Of a stretch of DNA of 64,000 bases, positions 63,924 to 64,000 are shown in pieces. Where the stretch lies: the NCBI GenBank assembly GCA_045534905.1, contig JAZSKQ010000009.1:40721-104720 (forward strand), given 5' to 3'. How positions within the stretch are numbered: the stretch's first letter is position 1; each line of letters opens with the position of its first letter. The notes under the pieces were generated by a model that searched no databases, was not told the DNA's origin, and was given only the letters and a program-made list of their open reading frames with translations. The DNA is from Christensenellaceae bacterium (GTDB lineage Bacteria; Bacillota; Clostridia; Christensenellales; Borkfalkiaceae). Made by a program: the position numbers and the translations under genes.

Positions 63924-64000
63924 ATGCGAATTATTCTTATGGGTGCACCCGGAAGCGGAAAAGGGACTCAAGCAAAGATTATTGCTGAAAATTTTTCCAT
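63924..64000 (+). CDS. adk: Adenylate kinase, N-terminal fragment (continues beyond the window)
   Basis: Starts MRIILMGAPGSGKGTQAKIIAENF, containing the P-loop. It follows secY as in canonical spc operons. Confidence 0.85.
   Translation, partial: MRIILMGAPGSGKGTQAKIIAENFS

Noticed and set aside
1-64000. CRISPR arrays, tRNA/rRNA genes, IS elements, integrases, restriction-modification, toxin-antitoxin or other defence modules
   Set aside because: I looked for regularly spaced short repeats, cloverleaf-type sequences in the intergenic gaps, and transposase, integrase or nuclease-like translations. None were found. Every ORF of 150 aa or more is accounted for by the features listed.

Overview
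AT-rich chromosomal segment from a Firmicutes/Clostridia-type endospore former (SpoIIE and a SpoVB/MurJ-like flippase are present). Almost all genes are on the + strand. I found no transposase, integrase, CRISPR array, toxin-antitoxin pair or recognisable defence system, so most of the window is ordinary core genome.

Gene content, left to right:
- 1-6.4 kb: 3' end of a polyamine-type ABC substrate-binding protein, a monomeric [FeFe]-hydrogenase, malQ, a VanZ-like protein, and an attenuator-controlled pyrP-upp pair.
- 6.5-11 kb: an operon of unknown function encoding a PHP phosphoesterase, an SrlD-like SDR, a double class II aldolase and a second class II aldolase, followed by a serine hydrolase.
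- 12.1-20.9 kb: a divergent DeoR regulator. Then a SorE-like Zn-dehydrogenase with a 2-oxoacid/acetoin-type dehydrogenase complex in unusual form: E2 with two lipoyl domains, E3, a single-chain E1 alpha-beta fusion, and LplA.
- 20.9-24.7 kb: a NagA-like / NagB-like / ceramidase-like operon behind a consensus promoter and a ~200-nt terminator-containing leader.
- 24.8-33 kb: spoIIE (minus strand), ddh, an MBL hydrolase, a MOP flippase, dus, a degenerate CN-hydrolase-like protein, and trmL.
- 33-38 kb: pgk-tpiA-gpmI, secG, smpB and tmRNA.
- 38-39.7 kb: a repeat-containing scar after tmRNA, hisK-like (minus strand), and a long Bacillus-type SRP RNA (minus strand).
- 39.7-53 kb: type-2 ileS, an RNA methyltransferase, two RluA-family synthases, an MntP/YtaF-like protein (minus strand), a 647-aa anchored hypothetical protein, rqcH, and tig-clpP-clpX.
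- 53-64 kb: a canonical S10-spc ribosomal protein cluster from rpsJ through secY to the start of adk.

The candidates I consider most worth a second look:
1. The two adjacent catabolic loci at 6.5-20.9 kb.
2. The orphan leader RNA at 20.96-21.16 kb.
3. The duplicated tmRNA 3' end and 95-nt repeats at 37.98-38.43 kb.
4. The L24 protein with a Cys4 motif and a basic tail.

All family assignments come from reading the translations and recalling family motifs. No database search was run.
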